Assembly: GCA_021613535.1 (NCBI GenBank)
Contig: CP075495.1
Location: forward strand, 12,338,001-12,402,000
DNA: 64,000 nt
Direction: 5' to 3'
Origin: Adineta vaga
Lineage: Eukaryota; Animalia; Rotifera
Program-made: the position numbers and the translations under genes
The notes under the pieces: generated by a model
Database searches by the model: none
What the model saw: only the letters and a program-made list of their open reading frames with translations
Told to the model about the DNA's origin: nothing
Part shown: positions 53,062 through 64,000 of the stretch, piece after piece
Numbering within the stretch: the stretch's first letter is position 1
How the letters are laid out: each line of letters begins with the position of its first letter

Positions 53062-54138
53062 CGTTTTGTCACCATATAAAAATGGTAATGATCATTTGCT
53101 TTTCTTTTTCATTCTTTTTCCTCTTCTTTTTCCTCTCTCTAACAGAACGAGTTTCAGTGAAAGGTGAAATTGCACCGTATTCTTTCTCCTCACCACATGG
53201 TCTTTTTTTTCTAATGGAAATATAAAATGAGAATGTATACAATTCAGAATACGGTGAAATTTTCTCGTTCTTCAAAAAAAATCTATATGTACTGTATTAT
53301 ATTTAGATGCAAAAGAAAAAGAAAAAGAAAGCTTTGTAGTTCTCATTTACTACGAGGACAAATATTAATATATCTCAATTTGAAGAACAATGGTTGCTAT
53401 TGCTTAGAAAACATGACGAGTAAATTCTGTTGTTCACTGAACAAAGATCGAATCGAAAGGGAAAGATTTAGTATTAGAACAAGGTATATTATTACTTCGC
53501 ATGTATTCGTTTTCTAAGATCTGCAAATAATCTATGTGAGGCCAGCTTCACATCGATGAATATTTAAGAAATATGTTTAGAAGATTTTCAACGAAGACAA
53601 AATTTACTTATAGATATTGATCTTAATAGTAGACTATAAAAAGATATTTCCATTTAGATTTTTTTAAGTAAATTCAGTTTTTTCTATCATTAGCATAATT
53701 TTTTATCGTCTCATAGTAAAGATAAAACATAAGATTTTCATCAAATGGAACACAATTCGATGCTTTAAAAATTGATTATCAATTACATTAAGAACATTAA
53801 TGTGATAAAAATGTTTGGCGAGATCAACAGTCAAATGTAATTGATGGAGAATGACGGTCGATGGTGTTATTATGAATGGAAAGATGATGACTGTTAGTGA
53901 ACCATATTTACTTCTATCTTCATAAAAACAGTAAATTTAAAAGAAATAATTCTACATTTCTATTATTATTTCGAAAAGAATCTGATACTATACTATGATT
54001 CTATCTTGAGTGTGTGCATGTGATTGTGAAATGAGTAAGAATTATATAAATTAAATAATTTTAAACGAATTTAATTGTTTATGTAAATTTTTACTTGACA
54101 AAAATGAACAAAAAATAAACTAACAAATTTTCAATAAA

Positions 54139-54334
54139 TACCCATGTCAAACAGTACGGTTCGTTTTCGGCAGGAAAACACCGATAATCACTGGAATATG
54201 CAAGCAGTATTAACATAATCCAACAAATTTTCGGTTGGAATACTGTTTCCACATTCAGCTATTTTTGGTATCTTTCTCGCTTCTTTCCTCTAGAATCTTG
54301 TGGGATTCGCATGCCGGAACTACTGTCTTGGGTA
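54139..54334. mobile_element. MITE-like non-autonomous element with TA flanks, imperfect TIRs and an internal inverted repeat
   Basis: Starts TACCCATGTCA and ends TGTCTTGGGTA (reverse complement TACCCAAGACA). Internal IR GAATATGCAAGCAGTATT (54194-54211) / AATACTGTTTCCACATTC (54239-54256), 15/18 match. GC is higher than the flanks. Confidence 0.65.
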
Positions 54335-54584
54335 ATAGATCTACATGTATATATTCGTAAATTTTATTTGTTATAGATTGTTCGAAAGAGAAGAAGAATA
54401 TGTCTTTCTAAACTTTAACTTTATATTGATAAAAAAATCTAGTTCTCAATCTCGTATGTACTTTGTCAAAAGCAAAAAAACATCGATGCCGTGTAACTTC
54501 ATAACTACAAGGTCTTAGTAATTTGATCGTTAATGAGAAGGAAAAAAAAGAGAACATACAAAACTGAATCAAATCACGATTACA

Positions 54585-55655
54585 ATGAAACATATCAAAC
54601 GTTTCGTTAGTTTATTTATCATTGTTATTTGTTTAATTCATGTTAATCAAACAGTAAACAATGAAGTACATGATCAAGTTGTATTAAAACGGATTCGTCG
54701 AATCATTCGAGGCCATTTAGCGAAATCAGGACAGGTTAATTCCGAGAACACTTTTGACTCAATTATAATTTTGTATGATTAGCTACCTTATCAAGTTTCG
54801 ATTAACAATAATGGAGATCATTTTTGTGGTGGAGCTCTAATTCATGAAAAATGGATCTTAAGTGCAGCGCATTGTCTGAAATAGTAATTTTCGTTTTTTT
54901 TGTTAAATAAATTTTCCAAATTAGATCTTTAGTTTTACATCAATTCAAAACTTTTATGCCGTAATGGGTGCTATTTATTTGGATCGAGCTGATACAAAAC
55001 ATGTACAAATCTCACGTATTGCTGCTTATTACCCATTTCCACGCTATGATCCATGGTACTAGACGATAGATCATATTACTCGTTCTATGCTTTCTTGTAA
55101 AATGTAGGGGTGATCCAAATAATGGTAATATTACTCGAAATGATCATGATTTAGTATTATTAAAATTACAGAATCGTGCTCGATTTTCTACTCGTGTAAA
55201 ACCCATTCAATTGCCTAATCCAATTATGAATAAAATATCTTCCGAACACATGCAACAATGTATTGTATCAGGTTTCGGTACTATCAAAGACACTCGTCAA
55301 AGTTATATACTTAAATATTTATCTGTACCGATCGTTGACCGAGAACAATGGTACGAAAGACTTTTCATGAATAATCTAATCTACTTCCTACTTATTAATT
55401 TACTTTAGTGCACGAGGTCATCGAGCAAAACGCATAAAAGATTTCCATATATGTGCTGGCTATTGGCATGGTGGTAGTGACGCATGTAATGGAGATTCGG
55501 GAGGTCCACTAGCTTGTTATATCAATGAAGAACCTATATTAATAGGTATTGTTTCATGGGGAATCGAATGTGCTCGTCATGGTACTTATGGAGTTTATAC
55601 ACGTGTGTCTCGTTATATTCGTTGGATTAATCAAACAATTGAACGTTATAGTTGA
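54585..55655 (+). CDS. Secreted trypsin-like serine protease (S1A), 5 exons
   Basis: Signal peptide, RIRR|IIRG activation site, [47 protein letters not shown] and [14 protein letters not shown]. Catalytic triad intact, Asp189 in the S1 pocket. Confidence 0.95.
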
Positions 55656-55831
55656 AAAGCAAAATAAAATCAACATATATATTTTTCATCATACATTTCT
55701 TTCCTCGATCAACTTTACAAATAATCATAGAAAGACAAAATGTATGTATGTATGTATCACAGTATCAGTATTTCTTATTGAATATGTTTTGCGCAGCAAT
55801 GACTGAATAATGATGAAGATAATAACAATGT

Positions 55832-56347
55832 TTAAACATTAGCTGGTAATGTTCGTGATTTACGTGTAAAAATTCTTGTATCATTAGTTGTTTGAGAAAA
55901 AATTATCGCTTGTTTTGATGGATTCAATGATTTTCCTTGTTGAATTGTTTCAGTTGATATAGGATTTTTACCCTGATAATATCTTGCAACTATACATGAA
56001 ATAACAATAACGATCATTGATATCAATGCAATTGTTGTGAAAATAATAATAATTTGTAAGCGTTCAATTAAAAAACGTTGACGAATATTTTCCAAATCAT
56101 TCGTTTGACTTTTTGGTAACTGCATATTATCAAAATCTGTATCAGTAGAATACAAATCGGGATGATTTTTTCGATGTGTTTTATTGTAATACGCAGTTAA
56201 TCGAGATGCAGCACGACGTATTTGAACTAAATCATAAATTGATCTTGATGGAACAATTGTTCGATTTGTATCAGATTTTTGCATATCATTACAATTCGTA
56301 TAGGCAAAGAATAAACATAGAAAAACAAGACTATAGTTATGCAACAT
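55832..56347 (-). CDS. Orphan single-pass membrane protein (171 aa)
   Basis: Signal peptide MLHNYSLVFLCLFFAYTNC, N-glycosylation sequons, TM IIIIFTTIALISMIVIVISCIVA and C-terminal ...TLPANV (PDZ-ligand-like). Confidence 0.7.
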   Translation of the reverse strand: MLHNYSLVFLCLFFAYTNCNDMQKSDTNRTIVPSRSIYDLVQIRRAASRLTAYYNKTHRKNHPDLYSTDTDFDNMQLPKSQTNDLENIRQRFLIERLQIIIIFTTIALISMIVIVISCIVARYYQGKNPISTETIQQGKSLNPSKQAIIFSQTTNDTRIFTRKSRTLPANV

Positions 56348-57320
56348 ATTGTCTACAAAACAAGACGATTCTTATTTTATATATTTCATCTTCAGTGAAA
56401 TAAATATATATCGTTAACGAATTATTATAACTTACTCGTACAGCAAACACATTATGAGTGATAAATTGATTTCTCTTTGTATTTTATAAGATGTGATACA
56501 CACCTATTATAGCTCTCGTTTGTTTCTTTTTTTGAAGAGCTCTTGAAATAAAAGATATGCCTAGGAAAAAGAAAGAAACGAAGCACTACATAGTCGTGAA
56601 TATTTCATCGAAGAGACTCATCGATCGTGCTCGATAGTAAACATACACACTTATATAAATGTATATGGACAGCTCCTCTCGATCATTATTCGGCTACACC
56701 TTTTTCTTCTCCTATTTCTCTCTCTCTTCACGTTATTCAATATATTTCAGTTCTTTTCTTTTTCTCAACGACATATGAAAGCTCCCTTTTTTTTTCGTTT
56801 TTCTTCGAAGGTAATCAGCTCATATATAGAAATAAAATGACATTTATATTATAGCTAAAGATATAATTATCTTATATATTATCGTCTGTATATATTCGTA
56901 CCAAATATGCATTAGTTTATTATACATTACATTTTTATATTCGACTTCAAATCAGTCCATAATAGGATTTCAATAACCTTGACTTCTAAATGACTATGAA
57001 TACATCGAAAGATAATTTTTTTTCTTATTGTCATTTGGTAGTCGGTCGTAATGTTGTTGTTCGTTTTCTTCTTCTTTTTCTATATGTATATGTTGAGGGA
57101 GATAAAAAAAAACAAAATAATTAACAAGAACTATCGATTAGGATTAAGAAAGAGATTAGATTTCAACGGTTTTTTCCTTTTCTTTTTCTTTTTATTTTTG
57201 TTGTCTTCTTCAGCAAAAAAAAACAAAAAATGGCAGAAAACAACTGTTATACGTTTGAAATGCTGCTCGTTGATAATAACACTGCTGATGTTGATAATAG
57301 TAATAAAAAGAACTGAATAA

Positions 57321-58137
57321 TTACTTTGTATTTGATACGTCATCAAAATTTTCCACAAGATCTTTGAAATGAAAATAAAAATATAAGAATAATTATTGAA
57401 AATAAAAACAAATATCAAATTTCATACCAGGTACTTCTTCATCATCAGCTTCAGCAGATGCTTGTTCATTTCCTGATTGATCACCACGTGCACCAAATTT
57501 ACGTCGGCCAGTTTCACCACCAAAGCCACTATCAGTTCCCATACCCATTTGTGACATAATTGTTGGTAACATTTCTTGCAGAGCTAAAATATAAAGAATA
57601 ACAATGAACATTAAGAATAAATCGAATAAAAAGTTTTTCTTCAACGTACATTTCGTATCCGAAGCACCACTAATAGCATATGTATTAGAACCAAGTGATG
57701 CTTGAACTTTAGGATTGGCAAAATGAATTACTTCACCGTTATCTTTAAACATATTAACCTAGAAAGAAAACAAAAAGACACAAATCGATTAATAGAGACA
57801 ATGAAATATTAAATATAAACCTCTTCAATTCCTTGAATATTATTTGCAGTAAGTTTTTTCAATGAACTTTGAAGTTTTTTATCATCAGCATTTGCTGGGC
57901 GATGAATGATTTTCTTCTTACGACGAGCTGTACCCTAAATATGGAATATCTCCAAAGATAGAATTCTCTTTTGAAAAGTGACTATTTCATTCCAACCTTG
58001 CCACCGATTTTGATTGCTTGTGCATTTTCCGCAAGTTCTTTCAATTTTTTTTGATTAAGTTGAAAACCTGGTGTGACATCAATTGAGGCGCTTGTCGATG
58101 CCGTTGCTGTTGCTGTTTTCTTCTGATCAGATGACAT
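57321..58137 (-). CDS. BTF3: Nascent polypeptide-associated complex beta / BTF3, 5 exons
   Basis: [69 protein letters not shown] and [14 protein letters not shown]. Confidence 0.97.
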
Positions 58138-58639
58138 GAATTCAAATGTTTTTTTTTCTGAAATATAACCATATATTAAATGGTTGTTTATTATTTATCC
58201 CAAGATCAATGAGAAATAAATGAAATAATACAGAAAATTGGATGAGATTTTAAAGAAAGAGAGAGGAATTGACGAAAACATATTGCAGAGGAGAAAAAAA
58301 GAATCAAATAGACAAAACACTGTTGTCAAAATGTAATAGAGAATAGTTATTGAACTAATAATCATGTATATAATAGCAAAATGGGTAACGAAAAGAAACA
58401 CAACAAAGATATAGAGAATGATTATATGAAAGCGCGAGGCAGGAATAGAGCAGCAGGAGCAAAAAATGAAAGAATAAATATTGAAAAAAGACGAAGAAGA
58501 CGAAGAAGGAGATCTTTTGGATTTATCTGACGCCTGCTGCGTTTGAATTTTTTTTTGCTTTATTATACATTGAGATAATCTATGTATGTATATATATATA
58601 TATATATGTTTATATGATAAGAAAGAAAAAGACCGATCG

Positions 58640-60784
58640 CTAGGTTCTTCGAGGTGTGGTTGATGTTATTTGTAAAGCTCGTTTCGCTTTACGTTTAAAA
58701 AAACAACATGTTGGTTCAGAGGGTGGACCAATAATGGATGATTGATGTTCTTTATTCATATGTGAATTGTTGGAATTATTTACATTAGCTGAATGTTGTT
58801 GTTGATGAGTATGATGATAAGAATAATAAGGTAAAGGTGGTGGTTGTGGCACTAGACCACGACGTTTTGTTGGAGGAGGTCCTGGTCGATGATTTTCAGT
58901 AGCTGTTCTTGATGACGATGAAGATGGAAGCGTTGGTTGAATTTTACTGGTACTTGCCATAGATAGAGTCGTTTTTGAACCACCGTTTAATGTGACTGTT
59001 GTTGCATTTGTCGAACGATTCGTTGAACTTAATGGTAATTGTTGTTGTTGATATGTGTTACGTTGAATTCCTGGACGCTGACGGGATTCATGATGATTAT
59101 TATTTCGATTAGTTGGAGTTTGTACAACTGATGAAGATAGATTTGTTAGAGTATTTGTATTTTTATTTATACTACTAGTTATACCACTTGATAATGCCGT
59201 TGGTGGATTTGTTGATGTTGTACCTGTAGTATTACCATTTGTAGCTGTTGCTGTTGTTGCTTGTGTTTTACTACGATTCAGTCGATGTTCTTGTAAACGT
59301 TTAACCCAATCGAAATCTCCATCATTAATAAGATTATTTTCGCTTAAAGCATTATGAAATAATCGTCGTAGACCATCATACTAAAACGATATTAATTTCG
59401 TCTTAAATTTTTTTTTTCAAAAATTAATACATACATCAGGATCTTGCGCAAATTCCATTTGACGTACAGTGCGTATATAAGTTAAAAATTGACGAGGATA
59501 ACCATCACATAATATTTCATTCGTTGTAAATCGTTTTGTATCGCCAATTTTCTGATAACGTTCTTTCAATGTGTCTGCTTTTAAACCTTGCCACTACAAG
59601 AAAAACAAATAATCGAACTATTTCTAATCAAATTAGTTTTAGATGATCAATAATAGAACGATGAATATGGATTCAATATTAGCTTTTTTTCAATTTTGAA
59701 TGCTTAATCTTCACTATTTCGCTATTCTTTCTTTAATAACTGCTCTGATCTAGAGTTGAAGATCAAATTCAATCTCACATACGAGTTAAACGCTTCCACA
59801 AAAATAAGAACAAATGACATTTTGTGAATCATACTTTGCTATCAATCTAACTCAAACATCAAATATAAAATACAATCATCGTACCGGTAGACTACCACGT
59901 AAAAAGTACATAAACATATAACCCAATGCTTCTAAATCATCTCGACGGCTTTGCTCTCGACCTGAACATAAAATCAAACAAATATTTTCATACTATCTTA
60001 ACAAAAAAAAGGACGTCAATTTAATTACCAAGATGTGTATTAATTGACATATATCGAGCGGTACCTAAATAAACGATATTAATATTCAAATATTCACGAG
60101 TAAATCTTTATTTACCAGTTAAACTCTTATGTTCCCGATATGGTATATGTGATCCATCAGTTGTTCGATATTCTTTTGCTAAACCAAAATCAACAATATG
60201 AATAATATGTTGACGATTTGTACTACCACGTCCAATTAGAAAATTCTCTGGTTTAATACTATTCATAGACGATTCAAGATATAAACATAAACTTAACAAA
60301 GAAATTATAGTATTTTTTATTCTTACTCTCGATAAATGAGATTTTTCGAATGAACATATTCAATCCTATCTAGTAATTGTAATGCAATCATTAGAACAGT
60401 CTTCAATGAAAAACGTCTTGAACATAAATCAAATAAATCTTCCAATGATGGTCCTAATAATTCCATAACTAATGCATTACAGGGACCAGTTTGACCATAG
60501 AATTGTACTTGTGGTACGCCATCATGTTTACCCAACATCGAATAAAAACGATATTCATGTGCTAATTGTGGTGTACGTGTTGATGTTTGTTCTAATTTAA
60601 TGGCGACATGTTCATGCGTTTCTGTATTTCTACCCAAATGAATTTCACCAAAATTACCCGAACCTAAGATTCGACCTATTTGATAATGCGAACCTAATGT
60701 TGTTGTTGAACGTAATAAACGATTCGTTGTAGTTGGACGTGAACTAGCACCATTTCCAGCTGTTCCACTCGGATTGGAATTCAT
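58640..60784 (-). CDS. CSNK1G: Casein kinase 1 gamma (gilgamesh-like), multi-exon
   Basis: [102 protein letters not shown] and C-terminal TCCFFKRK (gamma-type palmitoylation motif). Confidence 0.96.
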
Positions 60785-62022
60785 CAATGGAATAAAAGAA
60801 AATGTATTTCGAAGTAGAAGAAGAAGAAGACAAAATAAGTTTTAATCTGAATTTATTGTATCACCTCTCTTGTCTTCATTCAATCGATGCCATACAATCT
60901 GAATAAGAAGGAAAAAAAATGAACGAATGACGATTTGTTCATCGTATGATTCCTCTTGTTAAATATTCAAACATATACATACACACATACACGTTCAATA
61001 TTACATAAAAGCAGAGAAAAAAAAATGTATATTCTCTTTCTCTCATCCAGTCAGTCTGCTTTACTTTGCTTTTTTTTCTTGCCTTCGAAAAATTTTTTTT
61101 TTCTGTCTCTCTTTCTCCCTTTCTCTTCTTGCGTTTAGAGGTAATATGTATAGATTGATAAAGAAAGAAATGGTATTTAAAAAAGAAAACGAAAAGGTAA
61201 ACTATTCTTACCTCGATGATGATTAAAGGAAACAATCGATAAAGATAAATTAGAATTAATATATAATAACATTATTTATGAAACAAAATAATAACGGACG
61301 GAAAAAATGGACAACATTGTTCATTGTACACTTCTGAAACAGAAAAAACGGAAAATTTCTATTGTTCGTTTTCATCCCATAATGAAAACAAAGATTGATA
61401 TAAGGAAAAAAGAGAAGAGAAATTATCCAAGGATGGATTGAATATTCGTATCAGGTATATATTGGATGGATATTCTTTTGAACAAACAATAGTTATCAAT
61501 TTGCAATGATAGAAATTCAGTTCAATATAATATAAATAAATAAATGAAATAATAAATAGAAAACGAAAATTTTTCTTTCAATATGACTTTTTTTTTCTTT
61601 GAAATGAACAATTGACAGAGGTCGCTACTTGATCATTCAACTTGTCAAGATGATGTCGAAGTATTCATTTCTTTTTCTATGAAAAGATTTCAACACCTGT
61701 TCAATCTGATTACGTAGTTTTATAACACTTTAGAATAGATGAAAGTGAGAATACAAATGTCAATATTAGAAATTTACTTTTATTTGTAATTCCATGGAGT
61801 CATGCAAATAAAACTTAATTAACGTCTGTCGTCAGGTTTTCAGGTAATGATATATATTCGTCATTATTGCATCGTCAAATGTAACAATATTTTTACGCGC
61901 GAAATACATTTGATCGTTACTCGCTAATCGTATGAAAGTTGTTAGGTTTTCTTGTAATATATTTCACGAATGAAGACAACTTTATTTAAAATATGCGAAA
62001 AGCAACATGACAAATATACAGA

Positions 62023-63881
62023 CTAATCAATAATCATTCGATCAGCTCCATCATTATTTTCCTCTCCCCGATGTATTGGTGAATCAGATTCATTCATCAT
62101 TGCTTTAAAATGCTACAAAATAAATTCAATGGAAACTTGTAAACGTTTTTATTCATTATCATACTTCAGAATTTTTAAATCCAAGATAAAGTGAAAATAA
62201 AGCATGTAAAGATTGAACACGTGATTCATAGACAGGAATATCCAATAGTGCTAAAACATAAAAGTCAAATGTATCGAAAAAAAAGAGAGAATAGTTCGCA
62301 TACCACAGGCTATATCTGTATAGGTTGCTAGATCGACATCCACATCAGCAGATGGCACTGACGTCTAAGAAGATAAAGCATTCTCGATAATTTCTAGAGA
62401 AAGATTTATTTTGTTCAAAAACAAACTTCTCGAAGTAATTCTTCAAATCGACTTGGCCATTCTTGCATTAAACCATCAACGTCTGGCATTGGTCTAGAAT
62501 ATCATTTATGCCATTTTTTCAACATTTTAACTTCGTATTTCAAACATACTTTCGATATTGAACTGTATCACCTGTTTTACTTTTTTGTAATTTACTTATG
62601 TTATGAATCCATTCTTCGATTGCTTTGGGATTTTTATCTGCATTAGTCACAGTTCTAACATTCTATATAGATTAGAAAGCTAGAATAAACGAATAAAATA
62701 TATGGAATTTGGTTATTTACACTTGGTAAACTTGGAGCAACCGTTTTCCCGGATGTATAACGCATTTTTAAGCTAAGTACATGTGGGTCACTTTGTTTCG
62801 CTGATGGTTCATCAAGTACCATAAGACCAAGTAAATCTTCTTTCCCATCAGGTCGAGGTACCTTTGATTAAAAGTAAAAAATGTATAGAAGAATTTATTT
62901 TATCATTCTATACAAAGTAGTCCTACTTTTAGAAAAGCATCAATATCACCGATAGCTGGTACATATTCCGGAATGAATGGTTTCAATTTTGTTTCTAACA
63001 CGATATCTTGTGGTTGATATCTAGATTTCAATATTTTCATATTAATTAAACCGAATAACGATGCAATAGTGTATTACTTGTCAATATGTTTAAATAAATC
63101 CTTGATCTCAGCTGATACTGGTAAATCTCGATACATTTTTGGATCGTATGCATTTGTATCAGATGCTTTATATTCTTTTTGACCACTATTAGCACCATCA
63201 TGTAATGCTTGAGATGAATCTTGATCTGAATCAGAATCTCCTCGTGTATCATCACGATCACCATCCTAATAGTTTGAAATCGAAATCGAATCATTTCATA
63301 AGAAAAATCATACTCGAGGACTAACACCTGGACTTTCATCTTGTCGACGATGAATGGGTTGATCACGTAAGAATTTCGTTCCTCCAGTAGCAAAATTCGA
63401 ATCTGGTGCTAAAAGATTCGAAACAAAAGCATCTAAGACAAATTTTGATGTCTTTTTTCAAAAGATCTCTAGAATTATTACACAAGACAATATTTAAGAG
63501 ACAAAACTGACATGATTTACAAAATTTAGTAGAAAAGAACCTGGGACAGAGAGAACTTTTGACTGTTTTAAACCACCTCGTGGTGAACCTAATCCTTTGA
63601 GAACATAAAAACATATCAAAACATGATTTTAAAAAGAATACAAACCTGCAGGTCTTCGACTACTTGCTTGTGGTGTGTAAACACTTGCTACATCTTCTCC
63701 ATCAGCAACCTTCAGGCAAAAATAAAAACAAACGGTTATATAAGATAAACATATGTTCGCACTTACATCCATTGATTCATCATACGGTTGATCATGGACC
63801 ATGCGTGGCTAAATAATTCGCATGAAAATTAAAGATTTTCATTCGGAAATGTCATCTTACTTCATCTTCATCGTCACTCAT
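62023..63881 (-). CDS. IFT46: Intraflagellar transport protein 46, multi-exon
   Basis: VHDQPYDESMD, AYDPK.Y..LPVSAEIKDLFKHIDKYQPQ...LETKLKPFIPEYVPAIGDIDAFLKVPRPDG, GLMVLDEPSAKQSDP, MPDVDGLMQEW and IQSLHALFSLYLGFKNSEHF. Confidence 0.96.
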
Positions 63882-64000
63882 CTTTTGCTTTATACTATTG
63901 GAATAATTTGTATTTCCGACATGATACTTCTCGTTATTCTTGGTTATACCTCTTAGAAAAAGGAAATGTTTTTAATATTCTATACAGATAGAGGTCAGTA

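Noticed and set aside
60260-60330. Apparent loss of the catalytic Asp in CK1 (ORF track shows IYRE / NSIKPEN)
   Set aside because: An intron splits the codon (GA|T). The spliced product restores YRDIKPEN.
1-64000. Prokaryotic, phage, CRISPR or defence system; clear horizontally acquired gene
   Set aside because: All recognisable genes are intron-containing metazoan families. There are no repeat-spacer arrays, bacterial-type operons or transposase/RT ORFs. HGT origin of the orphans cannot be judged without a search.

Overview
AT-rich, gene-dense eukaryotic (metazoan) genomic DNA with many short (about 50-65 nt) GT-AG introns. Composition, intron size and gene style suggest a bdelloid rotifer (Adineta/Rotaria-like), which is inference only. 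There are no prokaryotic, CRISPR or phage features. About 22 spliced protein genes can be reconstructed: CHPF/CHSY-like (3' part), TPST, THOC5, a coiled-coil protein, SGSM (RUN-TBC), RABL2, a peptide-type GPCR, a secreted 11-mer-repeat protein, an ENPP-like pseudoenzyme, PACSIN/syndapin, MPC1, MLF, two orphan single-pass membrane proteins, a small coiled-coil ORF, a small STP-motif protein missed by the ORF track, a reduced filamin-like gene, TRPA, a trypsin-like protease, BTF3, CK1-gamma and IFT46. The window also has one tRNA-Asp and a TA-flanked MITE-like element. The most unusual observations are: (1) RABL2 appears to splice in frame to a 290-aa DH/PH-like module, with an intronic poly(A) alternative; (2) an orphan secreted precursor has uncharged 11-mer amphipathic repeats, a GRR processing site and an apolipoprotein-like C-terminal half; (3) several same-strand gene junctions have operon-like or bicistronic architecture; (4) MPC1 has 4-nt and 16-nt microexons; (5) PACSIN has frame-preserving cassette exons; (6) ENPP and TRPA have lost conserved metal-binding residues. 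All exon models are hand-derived from splice signals and protein motifs and need RNA-seq confirmation.
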